A stretch of 64,000 nucleotides of DNA from Marsupella aquatica (lineage: Eukaryota > Plantae > Marchantiophyta), in contig OZ316898.1 in the NCBI GenBank assembly GCA_973895155.1, forward strand, positions 11,121,187 through 11,185,186. Direction: 5' to 3'. The notes below the pieces were generated by a model. The model had not been told where the DNA came from. It did not search any database and saw only the letters and a program-made list of their open reading frames with translations. The translations under genes and the position numbers were made by a program. Positions 27,789 to 38,637 of this stretch are shown here, in pieces; the first letter of the stretch is position 1; each line of letters starts with the position of its first letter.

Positions 27789-29294
27789 ATTGGGTACAAT
27801 GTCAATTCACTTCAGCGAGAGAGTTTGGTGGACAGATCCAATTGTTATTCTATTCTATCTGGAAATGTTTTCTGCAACGCCACGAAGATAGTTCTGGGTC
27901 TACCACCTGTGCTATGAGGTTTACAAAGCAAACCGGAGAGTCGTGCAACAGGTCCTTCATCTCCGTCCTTGTTGTACTTAAAGATGTTCATTGGAAAACT
28001 TGGACATGCGAGTGTAATGGTCGAACCGCTGTTTGGTTATAGCAACTTGGACGCGAACAGTTTTGTGTATGCTACGTTTCAAGTAGACAGAGCAATGACC
28101 ACCTCCTTAAGATGGAGCATTCTTGTCGATCCAGTTTCTGGTTTGCATTCCCGGCAGCAGAGTGAGGTTTATACATTTGTCTTCCTGGTGTGTGTGTTCT
28201 CGACTTCCTCCACTCAATTTTGGCTCAGGCCAATGATATGATTCCACTCAATTTCTGCAGAACTCCCCTAGAGCGCATAGGTAAAATTTTCAATTAATTT
28301 TGAGGTGTTTCTCCTGTTAACTGTTGGTACCTGGATAACAACTATGACTTTGTCTCCAGTGTTGTAGGGCTTCTGAGAGGATTTACTGGATTAAACCTCC
28401 GAGGAGGTTAAATGTTCCCATTGTGAAATTGCACAGTTTATGTGCAGCTAGTCAGTGGTTGCACTTTGGACCTAATCCCTCGGATTTGCTGCAAGGGATT
28501 GTATGTATTTTTTGAGACAAAATTCCATTACAGGCGATCTGCTTACTCGTCGGAATAAGACCTTTGAAGCGAACTCCATTAGTTTGTGCGCCCTAACACT
28601 TGCCCAAACTTTTAGATGTCTCTCATTGTAGCTCTTTACCAGCAAAGCCCCAATAAAATCAATGCAATGTCGTCACTAGCTGCTTTTCAGAGTTTTTGCT
28701 GACAGAATGTGTATTGGTCATCGAGTACCTCTTCAAACTTATCGGAGTGTTTGTCCATATAACTAGCAATAAAGCTTCAAAGGTAACCTGAGTATGAATG
28801 TGCAGAGTGTAGCACTTTGAGACTTCAGTCTTTGCGGCAAGGGCTTGTATCTGTTTGTTTTGCACGAAAGACATTCTGGGGGGCACTCAGATATGACACG
28901 GAAGTATTTTGGACCTTCATTGTGTAGTCTGGAACTACTGTAGGAGGTTCGGAGTCAGAAGCTCAAGTGTAACTTGTGAACGATGTTTTTGGACAATTGA
29001 GCCACACTCACATTTTCAGAACCATGATGAGAAATACTTTAAGCAATAAATGAAACGGTAAGAACAAGGTAATAGAGTCCTCAGATATCTCAAACCCAGC
29101 CTGGTGGCAACCTAATGGAATTGGTAGTTGGCAAATTGACACGTGAGAGTGGGTCAATAAAATGCCAGTTGGGTCTATGGGGACTTCACATAAACCCAGC
29201 TCTTCTATTTTGTTTTATCATTTGTGTAACATTAAATCTACACCATAGGATTAAGCTTTTTGTTGTGATATGTTGATGTGTCATGGTTGAGCGG

Positions 29295-29508
29295 TGATAC
29301 TGAGGCTATTGCCAAGGAGATTCCATGATATTTGGTGCACATCTTTGCCCCAGCCCTATTTTTTGTTGGCGTCCTTTTATGCCCTCAGTTAGAGCAGAGG
29401 TGTGATACTGAGGCTATTGCCAAGGAGATTCCACGATATTTCGTGCTCATCTTTGCCCCATCCCTATTTTTTGTCAGCATCCTTTTATGCCCTCAGTTAG
29501 AGCAGAGG
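29295..29508. repeat. Tandem duplication, ~107-bp unit
   Basis: GTGATACTGAGGCTATTGCCAAGGAGATTCCA...CCCTCAGTTAGAGCAGAGG twice. It is followed by GGTCTAGAGGCTTCACTC, the TIR motif of the MITE at 44903-45492. Confidence 0.9.
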
Positions 29509-30043
29509 TCTAGAGGCTTCACTCTAGACAGTAAGCCCAAGTTGTAATTTGGTTTTGCTTCCAAAGAACCAATTTGAATTCCTCTGCGCTTCAGCTACAG
29601 CTCCGGCTTTCCAAAGTCTATGCATCCCATCGAGCTTTGAGAGCTTGCCTTTGATCCACCATCATCTTTCTGTTGGACTTGAACCACACTCAAACAAGAG
29701 ATGGGGTATGATGGGCCTTTGTGTTGGAAATGAATCACACTCAAACAAGAGATTGGGTATGATGGGTCTGTAGGCCTCAGTGGTAGAGTCTGAAACAATG
29801 ATCATGAATTGGCCAGAGAACAAACAAGTTCACAGCTTCTGAAACATTGTTCACTTCCTCCTCCCTACCTACAGCACCTGTTGTTCTAGGTGGTTTCCTG
29901 ACTAGTGTGCAAACTGTCTGCAGTCCCACCGAGCTCTTGATATTGAGAGGAACTTGATGAGTAGGCACCCAGCCAAACCTGTGTTTTATCAACTCTATAG
30001 CCACTACAAATTTGAGGCAACTGGCTTGAAAACCTGGTGCATG

Positions 30044-33000
30044 CTAACTAATGGATGTGACCCGGACAGAGTGGTCAGTGGAGCCTGTCAAGAACATAGG
30101 CAGTAACGGATGCCAGTGAACTGAGGTGACTGCACCATTATGATCGAGTGTTCGGTAGGCTTTGATTGGTCCATTGAACTGCACTCAGCGAAGCCACAAT
30201 TCCCATTGTCATCCACTTTGCTCATCAAGGCACCATGCAAATGAATGTACATGCTTGCAGTTTTGACCAGACATGCTTATAGGTTTGACCATTTTATCCT
30301 GCAAATCCGGAGTGTTATTCATCGATAATCTAAATGAGGCATTGGTACACAGAAGACACGAACTTACCTTGAAAAGAGGTGCGCTGTGTAAATTTGATGA
30401 CAAAAGTAGACTTTTTCCCCGACTGTCTAACGCCATTTCATGTCGTGGAAGCTTCGTTCCATCAACTGAACAAAACCTTCAGAAGTTTGCAGAAATGGAA
30501 TTATTAGATCAATAAATCCTCTAGCTTCACCTTCTTGTTCTGCCTGGCAATATTGAAGACGGAAGCATAAAAGAGTTGCTAGAATCGCTGTCCATATAAT
30601 TTTCTCAGCAACATGCTATGCCTCTAGTCATCCGAGACCGTATTAATGCGAGCCAATTAAATAACAAAAACAAAAGCAGTAGAAAATGTACACACATGCT
30701 TGCGTCTTGAGACTGGAGAATCTGGCCTTGGTTGTGTAGACTCCACTCTAATACCTGTGTTATATTGGAGGTTACTTTGTATCCACTGAGGAAATGCAAT
30801 ACCTAAATATGGGTCAAACAGCGAAACACTCTCCTACAGAACACAACATGATACAGGGTATGCTTTACTTTCACGCCTTATTGCAGACATAGTTGTGAAT
30901 ATAGCGGTTATAGACTGACACGGACCACAAAGGCAGACTAACTAGATGAAGTCAGGAACCTTCAATAGAGGGAAAAGTATGGTACATTGCCATCACCACC
31001 GAGGCTAAAAATACTAGAGTGGTCATGACCGAATGTCACAGAGCTCACTGCACAGCCATCATGAGCTGGCCACCCTGTTATAGGAAGAAAGCCATTCATG
31101 TCTGCACAAAGTACACCACGGAATAAGATATAGGTTACATGTAAGGCCTTAATCAACAATTCTGGGTAGCCATTCAAGGACCAAAACCTCATTGGAAAGA
31201 TCCCGACCTCCAAGACGTGTCGTAGAGATGCAAAGTATATTCCCTCAAGTACATCCAGGTCAAGAACATACCAAAAAGACGAATCATCCCATCAGTTGCA
31301 CCAGCGGCGACAAGCTTTCCATTGTGGTTGAAGCAAACCGATGTAACCACTGGAGGGTCTTCACCCAACGGAAGAACGTTCTGTCAAAACAAACGACGTC
31401 AGTCGCTGCACAAACTTCCACTAACTTCAACAGCAGGGCTCCACAAGTAGACACACGAATCCTGAGACCAAATGAACGCTACAAAATGAGCAACTGCACT
31501 AGTAATGCCCGACACTGAAAGAAAGCTTCAAAGAAAAAGACTGGAAGCAAGGATTGACATTATAAAATATCCCCTTATTTCAAGACATGATTCGGTTTCT
31601 CACCAGCACCTTCCACGTTCTCATGTTCCAAACCGTCAGTGAACCGAAACCTACGGCCTCTGCTCCTTGTGTTGATTTTCTGGACAAGGTATACGGACGA
31701 CTGTTTCTCAGTTTTCAACGCAATTCCAGAAACCAGTGGCAAACTAATAAGCTCTCTGGGTCCACCGAAGGGCCCCAAAGCCAGACTTTTTATCTCTGCC
31801 TCCGGACTATGTCTGACGGGAACGGACAAAGAACTGAAAAAAAGGGGGGAGGAATGCTCTATTGGCAGAGCACAATATCGGGGAGTGGGTAAGAATTTGT
31901 GGCAATCCAAAATTGCTGTAGCAGTTATATTCAACTCGTAGATCAAGGCTTGGGCAATGCACAAAGAAAAGGATCGAATTCCATCCCTGTATGAGAAGAA
32001 CAGGACACAGGACGAGGAAGTATTGCATTCGCGAGGGTTCTCCTGCTTGTGAGCAGCGCGGGCCTCCAGAAGTCTGCAAGAGAGGCGACCCTACAGGCAG
32101 ATCTTGATCTAGCGCTTGCGACCATGGCGACGGTCAGCTTGCAGGGCGGAGGCAGGGATGGCCTATTTGTTCTGCTGACTTTGGCGAGTTTGATGATGAG
32201 GTTTTCTCTCGAGGCAGTCGCAGCCAACATGAAGACCGTATTTTACGAATCTTTTGACACCTCTTTTCATGGCCGGTGGATTGTTTCGGACAGCATTGAC
32301 TACAAAGGAACGTGGAAGTACGCGAAGGGGAATGAGAACGAGGACTACGGTTTGTTGGCAAGTGAACCGGCGAGGAAGTATGGAATAGCAGTGAATCTGC
32401 CCAAGATCGTGAAGTTCACCGAGAACCCAGTAGTGTTGCAGTACGATGTGCGTCTGCAGAATGGACTTGATTGTGGAGGAGCATACTTAAAGTTTCTTCT
32501 ACCTCAAGAAGCCGGATGGACGCCCAGTCAATTCGACAACACAGCACCCTACTCCATCATGTTTGGGCCTGACCTGTGTGGGGAAACCGACAAGGTGCAT
32601 TTCATCTTCCGTCACAAGAACCCAAAGACGGGACAGTATGTGGAGCATCACCTAAAGTCTCCTCCAACTCCTATGGGTGACAAGATTTCTCACGTGTACA
32701 CGGCTGTGATCTACCCCAACAACACGCTGCAGCTTTTAATTGACGGAGAAGAAATTTACGAGAAACTGGCTAATTTACTATCTGAAGAGGACTTCGAGCC
32801 GTCTGTAATTCCACCCACGACCATTCCAGACCCAGAGGACAGAAAGCCAGAGAATTGGGATGAGAGAGCCAAAATCCCCGATACTGAGGCAGTCAAGCCA
32901 GAGGACTGGGATGAAGATGCACCGAGAGAGATTATAGATGAGGAGGCTGAGAAGCCTGAGGGTTGGCTAGATGATGAGCCAGATGAGGTTGACGATCCGG

Positions 33001-36000
33001 AGGCAGTTAAGCCAGAGGAATGGGATGACGAGGAAGATGGTGAATGGGAAGCCCCGAAGGTTCCTAACCCCAAGTGCTATGGGAACCAAGCGCTAGGCTG
33101 TGGTGAGTGGGTGAGACCCACAAAGAGAAACCCAGCCTACAAGGGCAAGTGGTCTGCCCCTCTGCTGGACAATCCCGCTTACATGGGGATCTGGAAGCCG
33201 CGAGAGATAGACAATCCTGACTGGTTTGAGCTCGACGAGCTTAAAATTGAGCCCATCGCTGCAATTGGGATAGAGATTTGGACTATGAACGACGGAATTT
33301 TGTTTGATAACATCCTTATTACCTATGATGAAGCTGAGGCAGAGAAAATTAGAGAGACGACGTGGAGGCCAAAGTTCAGAGTAGAGAAGATGAAGCAAGA
33401 AATGAAAGAGAAGGCTGCAAAGTCGGGCACTGATGCCCTGACATCATTCAAGAACACGGTTTTCGAGCTGTATTACCAATTTGCTGAACTGGAATTTGTA
33501 GCTCCTTACAAGGAGCAGATTCTTGAATTGTTGGAGAATTATGCGGAGAAAAATCAGAGCCTATCTGTTTTTGGGACCTTCGGAGCAATAGCCACCATTC
33601 TTGCCCTCCTTTACAACATTCTTGCCCCCTACTGTCTTAATTTTGGAAAAAAGAAGAAGGCCAAAGTCCCTCTATCGGTTGCTAAGAAGGAAGATATTTC
33701 AACTCCCGATGACCCTTTGGTAGATGACCTTACTGATCCTTCAGAGAAGACCGATGAACCCATTGAAGGAACTGTGGATGATGCCGAGTCCGCCGGGGAA
33801 ATTGAGAAAGAAGAGGAGCCCAATGCAGCTCGAAGGAGACACCGTAGAGAAACTTAGGTTGTCGGCAAATTTTGAATAGGAAGACAGATTAATCTGTTAA
33901 ATCTCTTTATGTGAGGTTCTGTAAATTGCAATGCTCTAAAGGGGGCTGGATTTTGCTGGATTCTAATGTGTTGAACCGAAAGAACCCATTTGAACTCATG
34001 GCCAGTTCAAAAATTTGAGTAAAGCGTGGCTTGCTAAGACGAACGTATGTCATAAATCTAGAGAGCATGACTGTATCGTGGGGTTCTAGACGGGACATGA
34101 CACTAAAACACTTGTTGGCAGTTTCAAACGTTACCGTGGTTTCAACATCTCGCCAAAAATACCATTTTTTCATCCGGAAGAAAAACTGTAGACAAATGTA
34201 CGATTTTGAATGTGAACTCGGGCGGAGATATCTGCCTCGCTCAATAATGAGTTTAGGGATAGGCGAAATCATTTTACATGCAGCATTTTCTTTAGAGTCT
34301 CATCTCAGACTATAACATGAAATCAAAAGCACCAGGAAGAAAAAAAAACAAACGTGAGTGAAAATTCGTAAGAGCTTAACTTACCCTGGGTGCGTCGCGG
34401 CTGCGGATATAAACATAGAATCGGTCGGACTACACTTCAGTTCAAGGATCCTGTAAAATTCATCAATTCATGCCGTGAAGGTCAGCATACTGAACCAATC
34501 ATAGATCAGAACAGTTGGGAAACAATACTCTTTGCTTTAAGGCCCTAAGTGCACAGATTACAATGACTGCAAACAAACGATACTTCACACATGCATTTTA
34601 CTAGTTGAAATTTTCGAAGTGCTTCACTCAGACACATGAACTTCAAAGATTTAAAGGACCTTGGAAACGCAGCATCAGTGCTGAGATCACAAACCACACG
34701 CTTGGCTTCCACGTTCCAGGCTTTGACTCCTCCTTCAGCTGTTCCTAACAGCACCTGCACCAGCAATTAAACCACCTCAATATTCATTGCCGTCTGAAAA
34801 CGACGTGTTGTAACACTTATCCACTTCGCATACGATGAGACCCGTGTAAATATGTGATTCCGTACTTCTTAAAAAAAAATACTATGAAGCTTTAGATAAA
34901 CACACTACGAGTTTGATCGATTACCACGCGGTCAGATTTGTTTTCCCACTCGAGAGCCAATACCTCGGCCCCACAATATATTGTTGCATTTCTAGACGTT
35001 GATGCTGCAGCATCTGGTGTCCAAATCCTGCGAATTCATGGCAAGGTTTTAACACTCCTCTCGATGACCACGCTTTGTGAATAATAGCATCTTTATTACA
35101 ATGAGGAAAGACACTACATAAAACGATCATCAAAGACATTTTCAATTTGATAACCTCAGTTCCCATTTGACACTCATGAGAGACAACCCACAGGACAAAT
35201 GAAAGGGCGTCTGCGGTGACTTCGAAGGGAGGCGATCATGATCAAGGAAATACACACAGTGCTTAGAATCTCACCTAACAGTCCCATCAACTGACGCACT
35301 GGCAACATTTGCTCCAGCAGTGGAAAACCGGCACCTTGTGATGGGGCCCGTATGACCAGAAAAGGTTTCCTGAGATCCATTCAATGACGAACGTAAAATA
35401 TAGCCACATCGTCACCGTAGCACCAGGCTTGAAACTCTAATTCGATTCCTCCTATTACTGCATGCACGGCAACATTACATCTGCTACTTGTAGGAGTGAA
35501 ATGGAAATCGAATTTTTGGTATAAAATCAGCTCGTTCCCCTAACAAAGTATTCATATATGTAGAGTTTCTCTGTTTCTTCAGGTGGAGCCTCGAGGATGC
35601 TCACCAGCCCACCTGAGACTCTACAATAACATGAGGAATTTCTTCTTCTCTAGACCAATTTCTCCCCGTATCTGGAAAAGATGGCAACCAGTTAAAGTTG
35701 GTGAACATCACAATTTTGAGACTCTGATTGGGACTACTCTTTCACGCCTACACTCTCAGCATGAAAACAAGCAAAATAATGACTCTTAGGATTTGAAAAA
35801 TCAGAGATATAACAATTCATACATATTTCATCCAATTCTGTAAAGCAACCAATTAAGTTTCTGTTCTCAGGAAGGGTTACCAATGTACCATCTATGGAGT
35901 CCGTCTGAAGTTTAGGCGTATCTGCTATCAAGGGCCCCTCTGTTGTGGGAATGGTGCTCATATCAAGTGAAGCTTCTGAAACGTGGCCTTGGTCAGCTTT

Positions 36001-37893
36001 GGATACAGGACCTTTGGTGGAGGACCTCTCTTTGTTCCCTTCATTCTCTGAAGTTGGTATTGATTGCTGTGAGGGGTTAGACCCTCCCTTATTTTCGTCT
36101 GCCCCATTGCCCTCAGGTCTATTCGTTGCAGACTGGTAGTCACTGAAGAGAAAACGTAAGCAAAGGTCATCGGAATAAGCTCTCCTACAGTGACTGATAA
36201 CGTCAACAGAGTATTGCACATTGGAAGCACTGAGTTTCTACATTTATCCTTTCAACCGTCAAAACTGGCACTTTAAGACAACCTTTCCAATGTTGAGATC
36301 AGAGCCTCCTTTTCCTGGACAATACTTCGCAGGTGTGTACACTCTGCTTGCAAATTTGCCAGGTCTTGCTTCAAAGCCCTGGTTTTCAATCGCTCATTAT
36401 GGAGCCTCAGCAGAGTTGGTAGACGTACAGCTGCTAACATGTCAAGGATGCCAGGCAAGTACAAAGCCCATTGATCATTGTTTGCTCCAAGGCGAGTGAA
36501 ACGAGCCATGGATAATATATCTTTGCATTTGTGAAGGCAAGTTAAACTTCTGGTGAGCAGAGCTGCTAGAATGAATGAAGGATAGTAACACTTCGCTAGG
36601 AGAAACTGGATGGAAAAAACTTTCAGGACTGAAACACGGGCTCCCTTGCTTTAGTGACAGCCTCAAAACCGGTCAGAAGGATAGGAATACCGTCCAAAAC
36701 CTCGGAGAGGAAATTGCGAAATGAAACAACCAAGGTGTCGAGCCACTCCTTCGAAAAGTAAACCCGAAATCGAGGATCAATGCTTGGATGTTTCATGTAA
36801 GGAATTGCTGCAAGCATAACGACTCACATTCAGTCACTAAAGAAGCAAGACCAATTTGCACTGTGTAACAATGTGTAAACGATTTCATACTCATAGCAGA
36901 GGGTGCAATTGATCTCTTCTAATCTCAAGAACCATTCTAGAATTTCCGGAACTCACCAAACCAACCGTGCCAATCATCTCCACGGCCAGTGCGCAGAAGA
37001 GAATCACCATGTCTTTGGAAGAATAAGAGAACCTGGTCAGGCTGCCCCTTCTGTACAGCGTTAACGATGTAGTACTTCTTGAGTGCCACCTCCAGCTTCA
37101 TAAATGTGGAGTGGTACCGAGCATCTGCAGAAGCTAACAATGATTGTTGCAAGAAGACCAAGAGTTTGATGAGGTTATCAGCCTCGAATTGTGGAACATA
37201 TACTGTAAAAAGCAGATCCACGATGCGATCAACCTGCAAGTAGTATTTACTTGAAGTCAATTCCACACATTTGAACTCATTTAAACAAGCAAGTGCCCTA
37301 AGTGACCAGCTGGCAATAACTTGAATCCATCATATCGGCCACCACTCAGAGAATAGTTCATCCAAACAACACACATCTCCCTCAGTCTGCACACTAGTCC
37401 CATATATAAAACGAGCTCGAAAATGGCTCCAAGATTTGGTTCTGAGGAAAACTACATTCGTGTAATAATATGAGAATCATCCAGTCCCACGTCCTGAGAG
37501 ATCTTAGGTTCACTGGACACCTAAAAAGCAATGCCTTAGATCATAAGATGTGAGAAGACGTTACTGCCCACTCAATATCTAAAGTACTTCCTATCTGAAT
37601 TCAAATGGTGATCAACATCAGATTCTGTGGTTGTCTGAGGCCGGTCTTGTAGACCCGAGCACCTGTGATCGTTGCTAGTGGCATTCGCTAGTAGTGGCCA
37701 TCGTTACTAATGGAAAAATTACTTTTCAGTAATAGCACATAGAAGGCTAGATAGGGCAGAGAGTGCTGCATGCCTGAAATCCATTCCCAACGTCCGCTCC
37801 CATTTCGGCGTCGAACGAATTCAGGGTGTGAGTGAAGCCCCGGAAAAGGAGAAATTCCTTCACCACAGCCTCGGCGTACTGCATGCTCTCCAT
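30044..37893 (-). CDS. WDR91: WD repeat-containing protein 91 homologue; 16 exons
   Basis: Exons 37774-37893, 36957-37233, 36691(or 36685)-36807, 36283-36430(or 36424), 35889-36142, 35613-35671, 35275-35369, 34925-35027, 34660-34754, 34385-34450, 31604-31679, 31272-31380, 30986-31101, 30696-30754, 30368-30476, 30044-30178. N-terminus VKEFLLFRGFTHTL...GFQVDRIVD...WFAIPY...FRVYFSKEWLDTL..SFRNFLS is the WDR91 signature. WD40 repeats GHTGPITRCRFS..., CFNHNGKLVAAGATDGMIRLFD, WHPLLPMFLTGSTDHSVRV*. Confidence 0.9.
32124..33857 (+). CDS. CNX: Calnexin, intronless, nested antisense in WDR91 intron 31680-34384
   Basis: Single ORF from ATG 32124 with signal peptide, lectin domain (LDCGGAYLK, YSIMFGPD.CG), P-domain repeats (KPENWDE, KPEDWDE, DGEWEAP), GIEIWTM, TM segment and basic tail RRRHRRET*. 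Confidence 0.97.
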   Translation: MATVSLQGGGRDGLFVLLTLASLMMRFSLEAVAANMKTVFYESFDTSFHGRWIVSDSIDYKGTWKYAKGNENEDYGLLASEPARKYGIAVNLPKIVKFTENPVVLQYDVRLQNGLDCGGAYLKFLLPQEAGWTPSQFDNTAPYSIMFGPDLCGETDKVHFIFRHKNPKTGQYVEHHLKSPPTPMGDKISHVYTAVIYPNNTLQLLIDGEEIYEKLANLLSEEDFEPSVIPPTTIPDPEDRKPENWDERAKIPDTEAVKPEDWDEDAPREIIDEEAEKPEGWLDDEPDEVDDPEAVKPEEWDDEEDGEWEAPKVPNPKCYGNQALGCGEWVRPTKRNPAYKGKWSAPLLDNPAYMGIWKPREIDNPDWFELDELKIEPIAAIGIEIWTMNDGILFDNILITYDEAEAEKIRETTWRPKFRVEKMKQEMKEKAAKSGTDALTSFKNTVFELYYQFAELEFVAPYKEQILELLENYAEKNQSLSVFGTFGAIATILALLYNILAPYCLNFGKKKKAKVPLSVAKKEDISTPDDPLVDDLTDPSEKTDEPIEGTVDDAESAGEIEKEEEPNAARRRHRRET

Positions 37894-38239
37894 TGTTGCC
37901 GCCTGCCTGCAGGTCGTCTCCCTCGCCGTTTTTTCCTTCGTCTTCTTCGCCTTCGTCCCCCTTTACTCCGTAGTGAACTTCATCACCAGAACCAACCTTT
38001 TTCTGCCTGTCAATGTTTACACGGCAGAGAGGAGAGACCTTGACATTCCCACCGATTCATTCAATCAGGAGAAACTCCTTTGCTGTTCGGGCATCCAGGA
38101 AGAACCTGAGAACTTAAGTGGATGGAATAACGAGGGAAATCGTGGGAAATCGTGGGAGAGAAGTGGGCTTTTTATTTAGCAATCTTTTGGCCAAACTGAG
38201 ATCTACTATACACTAAGTTATCATTTTTAGACAAATATA

Positions 38240-38341
38240 TGTTATGGAATGAATGCAACTATATAGTCATGAATGTGTGTACATATAGTGGGGTCGGGTG
38301 ACCGACTGGTCCGATCTTCCGGTCATAGGTAGAATCTAACA
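38240..38341 (-). repeat. 3' LTR of the copia element (102 bp)
   Basis: TGTTATGGAATGAATGC...GGTAGAATCTAACA, adjacent to the PPT. Confidence 0.92.
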
Positions 38342-38637
38342 CTCCCCTTTGGATATATAGTGACATGGACTATACCTATTATATCATGTTCATAGTAAAT
38401 ACATAATATAAGTACAAGCGAGGTAGACTGCCTCGTTAAAAAACCTTTATCAACTCTAGCTTAGTAAAAACTCTACTAGTGTAACAGAGAAAAATATGAG
38501 TGCTAAAGGAAAAAGAGTGCAGCCTAAGAGTCCTCGTCGTAATGAATGTCAATATTAAATAAAGTCAGATGCTATAGTAAATCTAGTTTTAATATTTGTC
38601 TCAATAGTAGATCGTCAGCATCATGTCATCAGCAGCA

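Noticed and set aside
32049-32123. ORF-track start of calnexin at GTG 32049
   Set aside because: Eukaryotic gene; the first ATG in good context (ACCATGG) is 32124 and precedes the signal peptide.
32756-33823. Ser-rich antisense ORFs
   Set aside because: Shadows of the acidic calnexin P-domain and tail codons.
34337-34350. A-run as a poly(A) relic of the calnexin retrocopy
   Set aside because: Short, no TSD found, and equally explained as a U-rich intron tract next to the WDR91 donor.
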